DNA from: a virus
DNA length: 64,000 nt
Reading direction: 5' to 3' (one strand)
Virus record (IMG/VR): IMGVR_UViG_3300032893_000012
Location: 1-64,000 of that record
Numbering within the stretch: the first letter of the stretch is position 1; each line of letters opens with the position of its first letter. Below, in pieces: positions 36,410 through 47,494 of this stretch. A program made the position numbers and the translations under genes. The notes under the pieces are model-generated. The model did no database searches, had not been told where the DNA came from, and saw only the letters and a program-made list of their open reading frames with translations.

Positions 36410-39400
36410 TCAGGTTCCTCCCGGACCATACGTCGCGCCGTTCGTCAAATCGACGAACTGATCGGAGTAGGAGTGGAAGACATTGTTCGCTGCCACCTGC
36501 TGTGACGCGATCATGCCTGGGATGGTCGGGGTTGCTCCGTACATGAACGTCGATCCGCCAGACACGTAGATCCCGAACTGTAGTCCGGTATTGTTTGCGC
36601 CCCAGACATACGACGAGGAGCCGTTGAAGACCATCTTCGCGCCTTCGGTGACCAAGATCGCGCCGGCCGGAGGTGTGCCCGAGAGTCCGACAAAGGAACA
36701 GTCGAAGCCGTTCGAGAGCCAGTTGCCGCTCCGGATGGTGAGGCTCGAGGTTCCGCCTCCGACGATTTGCACCGATTCGAGCTGTGACACGTAAGAATCA
36801 ATCGACGTGAGCGAGCCAGATACGACAACGGCTGCAAGTTGAATATTACCGCCCTGCAGGGTCGAGCTGCCTCCGAAGTTACCTCCGAATTTGCTGCAAC
36901 CGATGATCCCTGTCGAGTCCTGGAAAAAAGCCCCGAAGGGGAAGTCGCATCCGTAGACGAATGCCCCGAGAGCGTTTGGATTTTGGTTTGACCAAATCCG
37001 GCAAGCGTCGGTCGCGATAGTGCTCGTATCAAGGAGCGCGATGACGCTACGACTCGTTCCGATAGCACGGATCTGGAATCCAGGAATGAGGCTGTCGAGT
37101 GTATCGACTACGAAGATGTCGCCTGGATCGGGATTCAGTTCGGAAAAGACCGGAGCGATCCCGCCGGTGAGCTTCGCCCAACCGTTCGTGTTCGAATCGG
37201 AACCGTCGATGGTGTGGGTCGTCCAGGTGATAGCGCCGACGTTGTTCGCATTTGCGGCTGCGGTCACTCGAAGGCGTGCGTTCTCTGCGATACTGATCCC
37301 GAGGTAACTGAGGAGCGCACGCGTGTTCGTCGCGCCATTCTGGGGCGTGCTCGAAACCACCGCGTAGTTCGGGCTTGAGGTGACATGCCCTTGGATAAGG
37401 AACTCGATACCGTCGACGTCAGCGAAGATGATGTCGAGATTGATGGCGTCGAAGGTTCCCGCGGCGAGCGTAACGAGCACGCTCTGTTGGATGACACCCC
37501 CCTTCAGACGGTAGCCGAGCTCGCGGAACGTGCGGATGGCAGTGAGCGCGGTCGATCCGTCGAGCTCATCGTTTCCGTTCACCGGATCGATGTACCAGTT
37601 CGTCTGGAGCCACGCCTGATAGTTGCCCCAAAAGAGTCGTACCCAGACGGCTCCTGCCGGCGCGAGCGCGAGGACGACGCTCGTCCCGTCGACGGCGCCG
37701 ATGAGACTCCCGGGCGCGTTCTTCACAAGCTCGTAGCCGTCGTTGATGGTGCGGGTGTAGGCAATGGCTCCGTCGGCGATGCCCGTCGCGTCGGTGTTCG
37801 CCATCTGGTTCACCGAGGCGAACAGGATGCTCGCGCCAGGGCCCGCGGGGCCGGTCGCACCAGTGAGACCTGTTGGTCCCGTGCGTCCCGTGAAACCGGT
37901 TGGTCCGGTTGACCCTAGATTACCCGTGGGTCCCGTGCGTCCGGTTGGTCCAGTAAATCCGGTCGGTCCCTGCGTACCGGTCGTTCCGGTTGGCCCGGTG
38001 CGTCCCGTCGAACCGGTCGGCCCCGTGCCGAGGGCCCCTGTCGGTCCGGTCGGTCCCGTGCGACCCGTCGCGCCCGTCGGACCCGTGCCGACAGCGCCAG
38101 AAGGTCCCGTGGGTCCCGTTCCGCTCGCTCCGGGGACGTCGTAGAAGAAGTCTAGCCGGTAGTTCCCGTCGAGGTTGAAGCCGGCGACGCTCTGGTTCCA
38201 GTAACAGCGATCACCCAGAACGATGGCGCCTTGCGCGCGCGCCGTCGCGCCGCCGTCGCCCGAGAAATAGCAAGAGACGCCGATCTTGGTACCGTTGCCG
38301 ACGCTGTAGAGGACTCCGTCTGCGGCGACTGAGGTGTATCCGATGGGAGTCGCGGCAATCGCCGTCGCGGTCGCGAGATCTCCGTCCGCTGTCGTGACGG
38401 AGGCGACCATCTGTTTGTTCAGGGCGGATGGCGCGTTGGCGATGTTCGCAGGCCCGGTCGGTCCAGTGGCGCCGGTGTTTGCAGCCGTCCCCTGGGGTCC
38501 CGTAGAGCCGGTCGGTCCGGTCGTTCCTGTCGCACCGGTGTTTGCCGCCGTACCCGCGGGTCCTGTCGCACCAGTGACGCCCGAGGCGCCGGTCCACCCG
38601 GTAGGCCCTGTTGCGCCCGTTATGCCGGTTGGTCCGGTACGTCCCGTTGGACCCGTCGCGCCGGTGTTCGTAGCCGTTCCGGCGACGCCGGTCGGACCCG
38701 TGAATCCAGTAGGTCCGGTAAATCCGGTTGCTCCAGTTGCGCCCGTATTCGCCGCGCTTCCGTCCGGACCTGTGAATCCGGTTGGACCAAGCGGCCCTGT
38801 GACACCTGCGGGGCCAGCGGCGCCGACAGGTCCGGTTGTGCCCGTTGGCCCCGTCGTTCCGGTCGCACCCGTATTTGAAGCGGTTCCCGCGGGACCCGTC
38901 GAACCTGTGACCCCAGAGGGCCCTGTCGGTCCCGTGACCGTGCTTGTTGCTCCCGTCGGCCCGGTCGCTCCGGTGTTCGTGGCGCTTCCAGCGGGGCCCG
39001 TTGGACCCGTCGAACCAGAGGGGCCCGTCACGCCGGAGGGACCGGTAGCGCCGGTCGATCCAGTCACGCCTGAAGCACCTGTGGGGCCCGTCGCGCCGGT
39101 GTTCACGGCCGTGCCTGCAGGACCCGTGGACCCAGTCGGCCCTGTATTTCCGGTGGGACCTGTGAATCCGGTCGCGCCCGTCGCGCCCGAGGGACCTGTG
39201 CTTCCGGTGGCGCCCGTCACACCGGAGGGTCCCGTCGCCCCCGTGGCGCCGGTGTTGGTTGCCGAACCGGCAGGCCCAGTAGGACCCGTTCGTCCAGTAA
39301 ATCCAGTTGGCCCGGTTGCTCCGGTATTGGTCGCTGACCCCGGAACGCCGGTCGGGCCAGTGAAGCCCGTGGGGCCCGTCGCGCCGGTGTTTGAGGCGCT

Positions 39401-41854
39401 TCCAGGCAGGCCTGTTGGTCCAGTAATTCCGGTTGGTCCTGTGGGTCCCGTGCGTCCGGTGGCTCCGGTGTTCGAAGCCGTACCGGCGGGGCCGGTCGCG
39501 CCGGTTGGTCCCGTGCGTCCGGTCGCCCCCGTGTTCGCGGCGCTGCCGGCGGGCCCCGTGAGTCCTGTCGGTCCCGTGAACCCGGTGGGTCCCGTGACGC
39601 CGGAAGGGCCCGTGACAGTGCTTGGCGCGCCTGGAATCCCTTGCGAGCCGGTGGGCCCAGTCGTTCCGGTCGCGCCCGTGTTTGTCGCCGTGCCCGCAGG
39701 CCCGGTCGTGCCGGTTGGCCCTGTCGCTCCGGTATTGGTTGCGCTACCGGCGGGGCCAGTTGGGCCACTCGGGCCCGTCACGCCGGAGGGACCGGTCGCG
39801 CCGGTGTTTGTCGCGCTTCCCGCGGGCCCCGTAGATCCTGTGAACCCGGTAGGCCCAGTGCTACCGGTCGACCCTGTCGCTCCAGTGTTCGACGCAGTCC
39901 CCGCGGGTCCAGTCGGACCCGTCGCTCCCGTACGACCGGTCGCCCCCGTGTTCGTCGCGCTACCGGCGGGACCCGTCGCGCCAGTCGGTCCAGTATGCCC
40001 GGTAGTGCCCGTTGGACCCGTGACCGTGCTCGGTGCTCCGGGAGGGCCAACGGGCCCCGTACTTCCGGTCGCGCCGGTGTTCGAAGCGCTTCCCGGGGTG
40101 CCGGTTGGTCCAGTTGCACCGGTCGCGCCGCTTGCGCCAGAAGGACCCGTCGCTCCGGTATTCGTTGCGCTTCCAGGGACTCCGGTTGGTCCCGTGTAGC
40201 CGGTCGGTCCTGTCGCTCCGGTATTTGTCGCTGAACCAGGGACGCCGGTTGGTCCCGTCGCGCCTGTCGGTCCAGTCGTACCCGTCGCACCGGTGTTCGT
40301 TGCACTGCCGGCGGGGCCGGTTGCTCCGGTTGGACCTGTAGGTCCAGTGCGTCCGGTCGCGCCGGTGTTTGCTGCGCTGCCAGCAGGACCCGTTGCGCCA
40401 GTCTGTCCGGTTGGTCCTGTGCGTCCCGTAGATCCGGTTGAAGAAGCTCCAATGGGCCCAGTCGCGCCCGTGGAGCCTGTGAATCCAGTCGGACCTGTTT
40501 GACCCGTCGCTCCGGTGTTCGTCGCGCTGCCAGCGACGCCGGTAGGACCGGTGATGCCAGTGGGACCTGTTGGACCGGTAGCTCCGGTATTTGTCGCGCT
40601 TCCGGCTACGCCCGTCGGTCCAGTGAATCCAGTTGGACCGCTCGCACCAGTGGATCCAGTTGCACCAGTATTTGTTGCTGATCCGGCGGGTCCTGTTGCG
40701 CCCGTCGGGCCTGTTGGACCTGTTCTACCTGTCGCACCGGTGTTTGCGGCGATGCCTGCTGGACCGGTTGCACCGGTTCGTCCAGTTGGACCTGTCGCGC
40801 CTGTCGCTCCCGTGTTCGTGGCAGAGCCGGCGGTACCGGTCGGGCCTGTCGTACCTGTTGATCCGGTAGGACCGGTCGCTCCGGTATTGGTTGCACTTCC
40901 TGGAGCACCAGTCGCTCCGGTGGCACCAGTCGGACCGGTGGCGCCAGTGGCGCCTGTATTCGTTGCTGATCCGGGTGCACCGGTTGCGCCAGTTGGACCA
41001 GTTGAACCGGTCGCTCCTGTGGCTCCTGTGTTTGCTGCGGTTCCGGCGGGACCTGTTGCACCAGTGACTCCGGTCGGTCCTGTTCTTCCGGTCGCTCCGG
41101 TGTTGGATGCACTACCCGCCGGTCCAGTTGCACCGGTTTGTCCTGTTGGACCGGTTGTGCCGGTTGCCCCGGTGTTTGTTGCAGATCCAGCAGTACCGGT
41201 AGGACCAGTGAATCCCGTTGGTCCAGACGGACCTGTAGCACCGGTGTTTGTCGCAGATCCGGCGACACCGGTAGGACCCGTGAAACCAGTTGAACCTGTT
41301 GGTCCAGTTGCTCCTGTATTAGTTGCTGATCCGGCGGGACCCGTTGTTCCGGTTGCCCCAGTTGGGCCAGAGGGACCTGTGGCGCCTGTATTTGATGCGC
41401 TACCAGGAATTCCAGTTGCACCCGTTGGTCCGAGTGCGCCAGTTGGGCCAGTTATACCAGTAGGTCCAGTAGATCCAGTCGCTCCGGTGTTTACGGCTGT
41501 GCCCGCGGGTCCTGTAGCTCCAGTGCGTCCAGTGGGTCCCGTCGCGCCGGTATTCGTAGCCGATCCTGGAGCCCCAGTAGGACCAGTATTTCCGGTCGAT
41601 CCGGTTACACCTGTGGGCCCAGTAGCACCTGTGTTCGTTGCGGATCCAGCCGGACCAGTAGTGCCAGTGGGTCCAGTTTGTCCTGTTGCGCCAGTGTTCG
41701 TCGCAGTGCCGGGAGCTCCTGTGGGTCCGGTAGGTCCAGTTGGACCGGTTGCGCCGGTAACGCCGGACGCACCGGTTGCGCCGGTAACGCTCTTGTGCGC
41801 ATCGGGGTAGGTCTCCCCGTGGTAACGCCCGCGCCTACCGGTGATGTAACCCAT
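36410..41854 (-). CDS. collagen-like fibre protein (Gly-X-Thr repeats) with C-terminal beta-rich domain
   Basis: 1814 aa; about 1100 residues of GPT/GAT triplets, a short globular insert, a second collagen stretch and a [10 protein letters not shown] domain. Confidence 0.92.
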   Translation of the reverse strand: MGYITGRRGRYHGETYPDAHKSVTGATGASGVTGATGPTGPTGPTGAPGTATNTGATGQTGPTGTTGPAGSATNTGATGPTGVTGSTGNTGPTGAPGSATNTGATGPTGRTGATGPAGTAVNTGATGSTGPTGITGPTGALGPTGATGIPGSASNTGATGPSGPTGATGTTGPAGSATNTGATGPTGSTGFTGPTGVAGSATNTGATGPSGPTGFTGPTGTAGSATNTGATGTTGPTGQTGATGPAGSASNTGATGRTGPTGVTGATGPAGTAANTGATGATGSTGPTGATGAPGSATNTGATGATGPTGATGATGAPGSATNTGATGPTGSTGTTGPTGTAGSATNTGATGATGPTGRTGATGPAGIAANTGATGRTGPTGPTGATGPAGSATNTGATGSTGASGPTGFTGPTGVAGSATNTGATGPTGPTGITGPTGVAGSATNTGATGQTGPTGFTGSTGATGPIGASSTGSTGRTGPTGQTGATGPAGSAANTGATGRTGPTGPTGATGPAGSATNTGATGTTGPTGATGPTGVPGSATNTGATGPTGYTGPTGVPGSATNTGATGPSGASGATGATGPTGTPGSASNTGATGSTGPVGPPGAPSTVTGPTGTTGHTGPTGATGPAGSATNTGATGRTGATGPTGPAGTASNTGATGSTGSTGPTGFTGSTGPAGSATNTGATGPSGVTGPSGPTGPAGSATNTGATGPTGTTGPAGTATNTGATGTTGPTGSQGIPGAPSTVTGPSGVTGPTGFTGPTGLTGPAGSAANTGATGRTGPTGATGPAGTASNTGATGRTGPTGPTGITGPTGLPGSASNTGATGPTGFTGPTGVPGSATNTGATGPTGFTGRTGPTGPAGSATNTGATGATGPSGVTGATGSTGPSGATGATGFTGPTGNTGPTGSTGPAGTAVNTGATGPTGASGVTGSTGATGPSGVTGPSGSTGPTGPAGSATNTGATGPTGATSTVTGPTGPSGVTGSTGPAGTASNTGATGTTGPTGTTGPVGAAGPAGVTGPLGPTGFTGPDGSAANTGATGATGFTGPTGFTGPTGVAGTATNTGATGPTGRTGPTGITGATGPTGWTGASGVTGATGPAGTAANTGATGTTGPTGSTGPQGTAANTGATGPTGPANIANAPSALNKQMVASVTTADGDLATATAIAATPIGYTSVAADGVLYSVGNGTKIGVSCYFSGDGGATARAQGAIVLGDRCYWNQSVAGFNLDGNYRLDFFYDVPGASGTGPTGPSGAVGTGPTGATGRTGPTGPTGALGTGPTGSTGRTGPTGTTGTQGPTGFTGPTGRTGPTGNLGSTGPTGFTGRTGPTGLTGATGPAGPGASILFASVNQMANTDATGIADGAIAYTRTINDGYELVKNAPGSLIGAVDGTSVVLALAPAGAVWVRLFWGNYQAWLQTNWYIDPVNGNDELDGSTALTAIRTFRELGYRLKGGVIQQSVLVTLAAGTFDAINLDIIFADVDGIEFLIQGHVTSSPNYAVVSSTPQNGATNTRALLSYLGISIAENARLRVTAAANANNVGAITWTTHTIDGSDSNTNGWAKLTGGIAPVFSELNPDPGDIFVVDTLDSLIPGFQIRAIGTSRSVIALLDTSTIATDACRIWSNQNPNALGAFVYGCDFPFGAFFQDSTGIIGCSKFGGNFGGSSTLQGGNIQLAAVVVSGSLTSIDSYVSQLESVQIVGGGTSSLTIRSGNWLSNGFDCSFVGLSGTPPAGAILVTEGAKMVFNGSSSYVWGANNTGLQFGIYVSGGSTFMYGATPTIPGMIASQQVAANNVFHSYSDQFVDLTNGATYGPGGT
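38452..41788 (-). repeat. 9-bp-period collagen-coding repeat
   Basis: GGN-(C/G)CN-ACN periodicity with recurring G-(S/T)-A-(T/S/A/V)-N-T inserts. Confidence 0.9.
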
Positions 41855-42166
41855 ATCCGGAAACCTTTTTTATGTTTGAAGTCGTTCAAGGTCGCACAGG
41901 AGGCAAATGGATCAGCTCGGTGGTCTAGACAGCGGTGTGACCGATCTCAACGAAATCGCGAAGTCGCGAGGCCTGCTCATGTTCGAAATTCCGCTATATC
42001 GCGCATCCCAATGAGGGTTCCCACTGCCATTTGCAACCACGTTGGTGTTGTTGACGGCTTCTCGATAAATGGCTTCATCGATCATCTGTCGAGGAGAACC
42101 ATTCTCCGAATGTCCACTCTTGTTCTTGAGGTTCTTGAGTTTGCGTCTCATTGGGAGTGTTTCTTT

Positions 42167-42439
42167 CTATTCGATGACTTCACCGAGTAACGCGACAGTT
42201 ACCCCGCCAGCTAAATGCGACATGAGGCTGACGGCGCACCCGACGAACATCGCGTCCAGGATGCGACCACTGTCAGCTGATACGATGTTGCACGCTCCTC
42301 CAATCACACCGATCCAGAAGCCGACACACTGGTTGCATTTCAACACTGATAGTCGTCGTCTAACTGAGCGAAAGATCGTGCTCTGCGTTACGATGAGAGT
42401 TGCCCCGATCAGCGCCAATACACGGATCAGGGTGAACAT
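42167..42439 (-). CDS. small membrane protein, DUF1360-like
   Basis: LKCNQCVGFWIG between hydrophobic helices. Confidence 0.6.
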   Translation of the reverse strand: MFTLIRVLALIGATLIVTQSTIFRSVRRRLSVLKCNQCVGFWIGVIGGACNIVSADSGRILDAMFVGCAVSLMSHLAGGVTVALLGEVIE

Positions 42440-42442
42440 CGT

Positions 42443-42631
42443 TCACTTCTTCGCTTTGGACGCGATCTCAGCTAGACGCGCTACGACTTCGGGGCGAATC
42501 TTGATCGTTCCTACCGAACCGTTCTCTTTGTCGTCGTCGGAGATTTCCATCGAACCATCGTCCATTGTCCGCACCGTGGGACACCTCTTTTGTCCGCAGC
42601 ACAGTGTTTCTTGATGGATCGTTTTCGGCAT
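42443..42631 (-). CDS. small hypothetical protein
   Basis: LCCGQKRCPTV...ISDDD; AAGGAG RBS. Confidence 0.6.
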   Translation of the reverse strand: MPKTIHQETLCCGQKRCPTVRTMDDGSMEISDDDKENGSVGTIKIRPEVVARLAEIASKAKK

Positions 42632-42641
42632 AGCGGACTCC

Positions 42642-43190
42642 TTATCCAGTTGGCGCTGACACCTCTTGCAGATCGAGAGACGATCCTTCCGACAGAATCA
42701 CAATGAGATTGTCGGCGTTTGCGGTCACATGAATGCGAACATCCGCCAGTACACCAACCGGTGTCTGAATTGCCGTTGTCTCTATGAGAAATGGTACCGC
42801 TTCCAAAGCGGTAGTGTTTCCACCGCTACCGATCCCGACTGTATTAGTGAAAATAGGAACCGGAGACGATAGAACAACGTTGTTGATCGATACTTGCACT
42901 TCAACTGATCCGGCGGCAGCAGGATCGTTCGACGTGTTTTTTAGAGACAGTACACCGGAGATGCGAACGATTCCGGTGGAAAGAGGAGTGATTGGTACAG
43001 CAGTTCCTGCAGGAGCGCCGCTAGCGATAATTTCCCAAGGTACCTGCGTTCCAACACCGGTTGACACGACGTCGGTTTGATCCGTTGGCCCGGTTGCGTA
43101 ATTCCGCGCGAAATCATTGTTCGTACCGACGCCACGAGATGTTGGATACACCTCTGGAGACTTGCGCTTACTGTTTGTGAGATATCCCAT
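42642..43190 (-). CDS. beta-rich putative virion protein
   Basis: 182 aa; N-terminus resembles that of the collagen protein. Confidence 0.65.
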   Translation of the reverse strand: MGYLTNSKRKSPEVYPTSRGVGTNNDFARNYATGPTDQTDVVSTGVGTQVPWEIIASGAPAGTAVPITPLSTGIVRISGVLSLKNTSNDPAAAGSVEVQVSINNVVLSSPVPIFTNTVGIGSGGNTTALEAVPFLIETTAIQTPVGVLADVRIHVTANADNLIVILSEGSSLDLQEVSAPTG

Positions 43191-43193
43191 TTT

Positions 43194-43430
43194 TCAGGTT
43201 CCTCGGAGTGCGTTACGAGCCGCAATGAACTCTTCGGTCGTCATTGGCACGAGTTTTCGAGCTACCAGGAAGTCCAGATACCTAGAGCTGATCCGGTTCG
43301 ACAGCAGACGCATCACTGTCGCGTTCCAATCAGAATACACCAGCGCCTCCCCATTCCATTCCGGAGAGGTCAAGTACACATCACAGGCTCGCGCCGCGAC
43401 GAGTTCTGCTCTGGTGATTATGACTTGCAT
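43194..43430 (-). CDS. hypothetical protein
   Basis: operon packing. Confidence 0.55.
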   Translation of the reverse strand: MQVIITRAELVAARACDVYLTSPEWNGEALVYSDWNATVMRLLSNRISSRYLDFLVARKLVPMTTEEFIAARNALRGT

Positions 43431-43439
43431 CTTGGTTGT

Positions 43440-44798
43440 CTATTTTCGCTTCTTCGTCTTCTTTGAAGGCCTCTTGTGAGGTGCGCTTCGCGCACTCTTC
43501 TTTCCTGTAGCCGCAAGCGCAACTACACCGACGAGTGCCGCGACACCGAGACCGCCGGCAACGAGCGCTCCGGTGCTGAGTCCTTTTTGTTCAGGCGCTG
43601 CGACTGTAGGTTGAGAGGGTCCTACCGGGGTGACCGTTGTTGTAGATGTTGCCGTGACTGGCGAAACGCCTGGTCCAGGAGGGGGAGGCGTAGCTTCTAT
43701 AATTGGCTGAACGGGAAGAGAGGGTGGCGTTGCCTGCCATCCTGCAGACGTAGTTGTTGCAGGCGTAGAAGGCGGCGTGAACACGGGAGGCTGCAGTGAT
43801 GCGCCACCGCACTTGTTGTCGGTCGCTTTCCCCCACCACAGCGGCGCTGGGCTGCACGGCGCTGGAGCGCTTGGCAGAAATCGTCGCAGAGCGTTTGCGG
43901 TATTGGCGCCGTACTTACCATCCGCCGGAAGGCCAAGGGCCGCCTGTGCCGCGCACACCATTGCTGCGTTGCCGGAGTAGCAAGGATCGATCGATACGAG
44001 TGCCTGTACGGCGGTCGGAATCGACGTCGGAATGATCGTAGGAACGGTTGAGACCTGTACCGGTGCAGGAACTGGCGGCGGTGGTACCGATGGCGCAGCA
44101 CCGCATCCAGGTGGAGCGGGAATACCGCCTAGAGCAGATGAGAGCGCGGAGGCTACGACCGGTTCGTACTTACCTGTGTTGATCGGTACCGCTTGTCCAG
44201 GATTGGCTGCGTTCCATGCTGCTTTGAAATTGTGGACAGCTGTGTTTACCGGAGTACCGCTCCGGGCGACACTGGAGCAGTAGTTCGGATCGGCCATGAT
44301 TGCCGCAGAAGCCGCAGCGGCCGCTGCCGCAAGCGATGCTGTGGCAGCGATCGGTGTAGCCACAGCAGGGATTGCGGCAGCCGCAGCCGGGAAAGCACCA
44401 CCGAGTGCCGCTCCCCAAGTGTTTGGCCCGACGACACCATCTGGAGCGACTCCGTGCGCGCTCTGCCATTTGCGTGTCGCGGCGTCTGTGCCGGAACCGA
44501 AGATACCATCAGCAGTAACCCCGATGATCGTTTGCCAGAGAGCAACGTCTGGACCAGTGCTTCCTTGCTTGATCAAAGAGTGCGGCGCAGAGGGAGATGC
44601 GGGAGCTATCGCGCCGAGTGCGCCAACTGTGCCAGGTACGTTCAGCGTCTCGCCAGCGTGAAGTGATCGCCAGGTGCGAACCCCTGCTACCACCGTCGTT
44701 GCCTTGTGCGGATTTGCCGCCACCAGTGAACCCAACGGCATACCGAATTTGCGAGCGATGATCGACGGGCTCTCACCGCTTCGAACTGAATAACGCAT
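43440..44798 (-). CDS. LysM plus peptidoglycan-binding domain protein with C-terminal TM anchor
   Basis: YSVRSGESPSIIARKFG..LVAANP; IKQGSTGPDV..ADGIFGSGT..WQSAHG..DGVVGPNTW; TM helix plus Lys/Arg tail. Confidence 0.85.
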   Translation of the reverse strand: MRYSVRSGESPSIIARKFGMPLGSLVAANPHKATTVVAGVRTWRSLHAGETLNVPGTVGALGAIAPASPSAPHSLIKQGSTGPDVALWQTIIGVTADGIFGSGTDAATRKWQSAHGVAPDGVVGPNTWGAALGGAFPAAAAAIPAVATPIAATASLAAAAAAASAAIMADPNYCSSVARSGTPVNTAVHNFKAAWNAANPGQAVPINTGKYEPVVASALSSALGGIPAPPGCGAAPSVPPPPVPAPVQVSTVPTIIPTSIPTAVQALVSIDPCYSGNAAMVCAAQAALGLPADGKYGANTANALRRFLPSAPAPCSPAPLWWGKATDNKCGGASLQPPVFTPPSTPATTTSAGWQATPPSLPVQPIIEATPPPPGPGVSPVTATSTTTVTPVGPSQPTVAAPEQKGLSTGALVAGGLGVAALVGVVALAATGKKSARSAPHKRPSKKTKKRK

Positions 44799-44828
44799 CT
44801 CGCATTCTCCTTAAAAAAATCTCGATGC

Positions 44829-45545
44829 TCAGCGCCCGCGGCGCCCCTTCTTCGTAGCAAGCAGAACGATACCGCCGAGTGCGGCCGCCCCTGCCACACC
44901 GATTCCGACCATAGCTCCCGTGGAAAGCTTCTTGTCGGACGCTGCTGCGACTGGAAGCGGCGCTGCACAGTATTGTCCGCTCGGCTCAGGGAACACGTCG
45001 TAGTCCTTTGGGTGCATCTTCGCGATCATGATGAGCGCGCAGAGCGTATCTTCATCGAATGTGCCGTCGGTTCGGAGCGCCTTGCTCGGACCGCCCTGTC
45101 CGGCGTAGTTCGCGTTGTACCAAGCCTGAAAGCAGCCGCCGGCCAGATTGATCGCGGGTCCCCATGTCGGACACGGCTTGGATCCCTGCGCAATGATCGC
45201 ACTGTTCAGCTTGTTCAGCGTATTCGACACCCACATTTGTTGTGGCTGCGTGAGCTTGCTCCAGATCTCCGGATCACTCGGACTGTCGAGCGCGAAGCCA
45301 AGCGCACCTCTACCTCCTATCGAAAGGTGCTCTGCAACGAAACCTGATCCATTACCTCGAACCGGAGAGAGTGATTGCTGTGCCCACATTGGAATTGGTC
45401 CTTCACAATCGACGCATGCTGGTTTTCGCGTCGGCAGTCGTTGCTGTTGAATGCAGTCGGCCGAACGGAGACCCTCATCGGTCGGGCCTTGTACGGGGAC
45501 GTCTGTAACGAAATTCGGATGCCCGTAAGCTTGAGCGGGGGTCAT
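44829..45545 (-). CDS. membrane-anchored protein with a PG-binding-like motif
   Basis: FQAWYN...LRTDGTFDEDTLCAL; LSTGAMVGIGVAG TM plus KKGRRGR. Confidence 0.65.
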   Translation of the reverse strand: MTPAQAYGHPNFVTDVPVQGPTDEGLRSADCIQQQRLPTRKPACVDCEGPIPMWAQQSLSPVRGNGSGFVAEHLSIGGRGALGFALDSPSDPEIWSKLTQPQQMWVSNTLNKLNSAIIAQGSKPCPTWGPAINLAGGCFQAWYNANYAGQGGPSKALRTDGTFDEDTLCALIMIAKMHPKDYDVFPEPSGQYCAAPLPVAAASDKKLSTGAMVGIGVAGAAALGGIVLLATKKGRRGR

Positions 45546-45766
45546 GGGAACCTCGGTGGAGCTAATTGCTGTTGCGGCTGCGGATCAGGCCCGGCGCCGA
45601 TCGCTGCACCGACAAAACCGCCAAAGACCGCTCCGAGTGCGACGCCTGCCTCTTGAGCGTCACCACGGGTTAGTCCTCCAGGGAATCTGGTTGCGAGCTG
45701 TTCACCGACGATCGCTCCCACGATGACGCCAAGTCCGCCGCCGAGTCCAGCTAACGCGCGGCTCAT
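45542..45766 (-). CDS. glycine-zipper small membrane protein
   Basis: MSRALAGLGGGLGVIVGAIVG...GAVFGGFVGAAIG; ATGA overlaps. Confidence 0.6.
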   Translation of the reverse strand: MSRALAGLGGGLGVIVGAIVGEQLATRFPGGLTRGDAQEAGVALGAVFGGFVGAAIGAGPDPQPQQQLAPPRFP

Positions 45767-46650
45767 GGGACATCGCTCCCGATGTTCTGGTCGAACACCA
45801 GCGCTCCGGCGATGGATCCATATTGCGCGAACGTCGGATACGCAGCAACGAACCGATCCTCGGATCCGAGGGCAGCGATCTGTTGCGCCGAGACGGTTGG
45901 ATCGCTGAAAAATGGATTCGTCGACGGATCGTTTTGACGCACACTCGCGAACAGCGCGACGTCGCACGGAACAGGTAGAGGCACATCGAGCACGCGCTCG
46001 CTTCTCGTTGTGCGCCACGGATATCGGAGCTCGTGAATGTTGCCGAGACTAGCCGCGAGAGGCGTACCCCACGGACGTCCACCGTTCGGAGCCGTGTACG
46101 GCGCAAGATTTTGAAAAAGCAACGCAGGTGAAAGAGAGTCCTGGAAGATAAACCCGTCCGTGTTGAACGGATTTCTGGTGTCTCGTTGCACCTTGTTGAT
46201 CACCATCACGTGCCAGGAGATGTCGCCGTCGAGCGGATGCCAAAGCGGGCTCTCGATCTCCTTACGGAAAGTGACTGTGCTGCCCAGCGGTGGCCCAGAG
46301 ATGGCTCCGTCTTCTACAATCGGTATCCGCGCAACGAGTTCGGCGTACTGGCGGATCCCGACCAGACGAACGCCACAATTGTCCGAACTCTGCTCGCCGG
46401 TACCAAAGCTCGCTCGCGCCAGAAGAAATAGATATCGCGCGTCACCGATAGCTGCGCTCGGAACGGATGGGACTACGAGACCCGTGTAGGCGTTCGTGTT
46501 GTACGGATCGCTTCCGATGAATCCGAACTCGGAATTCGGACCTACGGTGACGAGTTCCTGTCTCCCGTTCGCGAGTACCGAACGGATCTGTTCCGCTACA
46601 CCGCCGGGGCGGTATTGCATACGGATCACGTTGTCGGTCTTAGCGGCCAT
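45763..46650 (-). CDS. putative virion structural protein
   Basis: 295 aa, beta-rich, in the structural operon. Confidence 0.65.
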   Translation of the reverse strand: MAAKTDNVIRMQYRPGGVAEQIRSVLANGRQELVTVGPNSEFGFIGSDPYNTNAYTGLVVPSVPSAAIGDARYLFLLARASFGTGEQSSDNCGVRLVGIRQYAELVARIPIVEDGAISGPPLGSTVTFRKEIESPLWHPLDGDISWHVMVINKVQRDTRNPFNTDGFIFQDSLSPALLFQNLAPYTAPNGGRPWGTPLAASLGNIHELRYPWRTTRSERVLDVPLPVPCDVALFASVRQNDPSTNPFFSDPTVSAQQIAALGSEDRFVAAYPTFAQYGSIAGALVFDQNIGSDVP

Positions 46651-46652
46651 TT

Positions 46653-47300
46653 TCAGCGCGTGGGTAGAAGCAGTTGCAAATCTGGTGTTTCGATGCCCAG
46701 CTTGCGCAAATTCGAACGCGCGTCTGCGTCTGAGAGATCGTCTATGGTCTTATCTAGAAATTGCCACCCTAGAAACGTGAGCGTCACGGTGTACGGGACA
46801 CTGACCGGCGTCTGCGTGAGGATCGCGCTCACCTTCACGTTCATCTGCTTGTAAAGCGGCCATCCTTGTGGCCAGGTCACAGCGAAGACATCGATCAGAT
46901 TGCCGAGATCCGTGAACGTGTCGTTGATGGCGTACTTCGGGCCTCCGTAAGCGTCCATCCTGATCCCGACACCCGTTTGCCCGCTCTGCTTCAGCTGGTT
47001 GAAGTAGGTCGATTGGAACGGACTTCCAGCGAAACTGTTCTGCTGAAACAGGTTGTACGAGACGCGCTCGATGAGCGTGTCTTGAGTCAGGTTGTTCTGA
47101 AAGCTCTGAACTACCGGCGGTGCGTTCACTGTGCTCGAGGAGAACTGGATCGGAATATCGAGCACGGTCGGCACGCGGGGGACGCCAATGATCATGGCGT
47201 ACGCAAATCGCGGTGCGTAGATAGCGAGATTCCTCACATCGAAATCACGAGGCTGCAAGGCGGGCCTTCTTTCTTTGGCGGTATTTCTCTTGCCGCACAT
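46653..47300 (-). CDS. putative virion structural protein (minor capsid candidate)
   Basis: AGGAG RBS before ATG 47300; alternating beta-strand pattern such as YTVTLTFLGW. Confidence 0.65.
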   Translation of the reverse strand: MCGKRNTAKERRPALQPRDFDVRNLAIYAPRFAYAMIIGVPRVPTVLDIPIQFSSSTVNAPPVVQSFQNNLTQDTLIERVSYNLFQQNSFAGSPFQSTYFNQLKQSGQTGVGIRMDAYGGPKYAINDTFTDLGNLIDVFAVTWPQGWPLYKQMNVKVSAILTQTPVSVPYTVTLTFLGWQFLDKTIDDLSDADARSNLRKLGIETPDLQLLLPTR

Positions 47301-47494
47301 TGCTCCTGACAGAAAAATCCGCATGCGGCTTTACTGTCTTACAGCCGCCGCAAAACTTCTCTACTTGTGTGGCAGTCGACTTCAAAAACTTGTTCTCCTG
47401 AAACGCGACGAGCGGCGCGGCGCTGTTTTCGCCGGCGCCGCTCGCGCTATGTGCTTAGAAAAGGCGATCGACCTTCTTCGGCACTCCTCTCGAA

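Noticed and set aside
37764-41810. Long plus-strand PVGPVAP ORFs
   Set aside because: Antisense shadows of the collagen gene.
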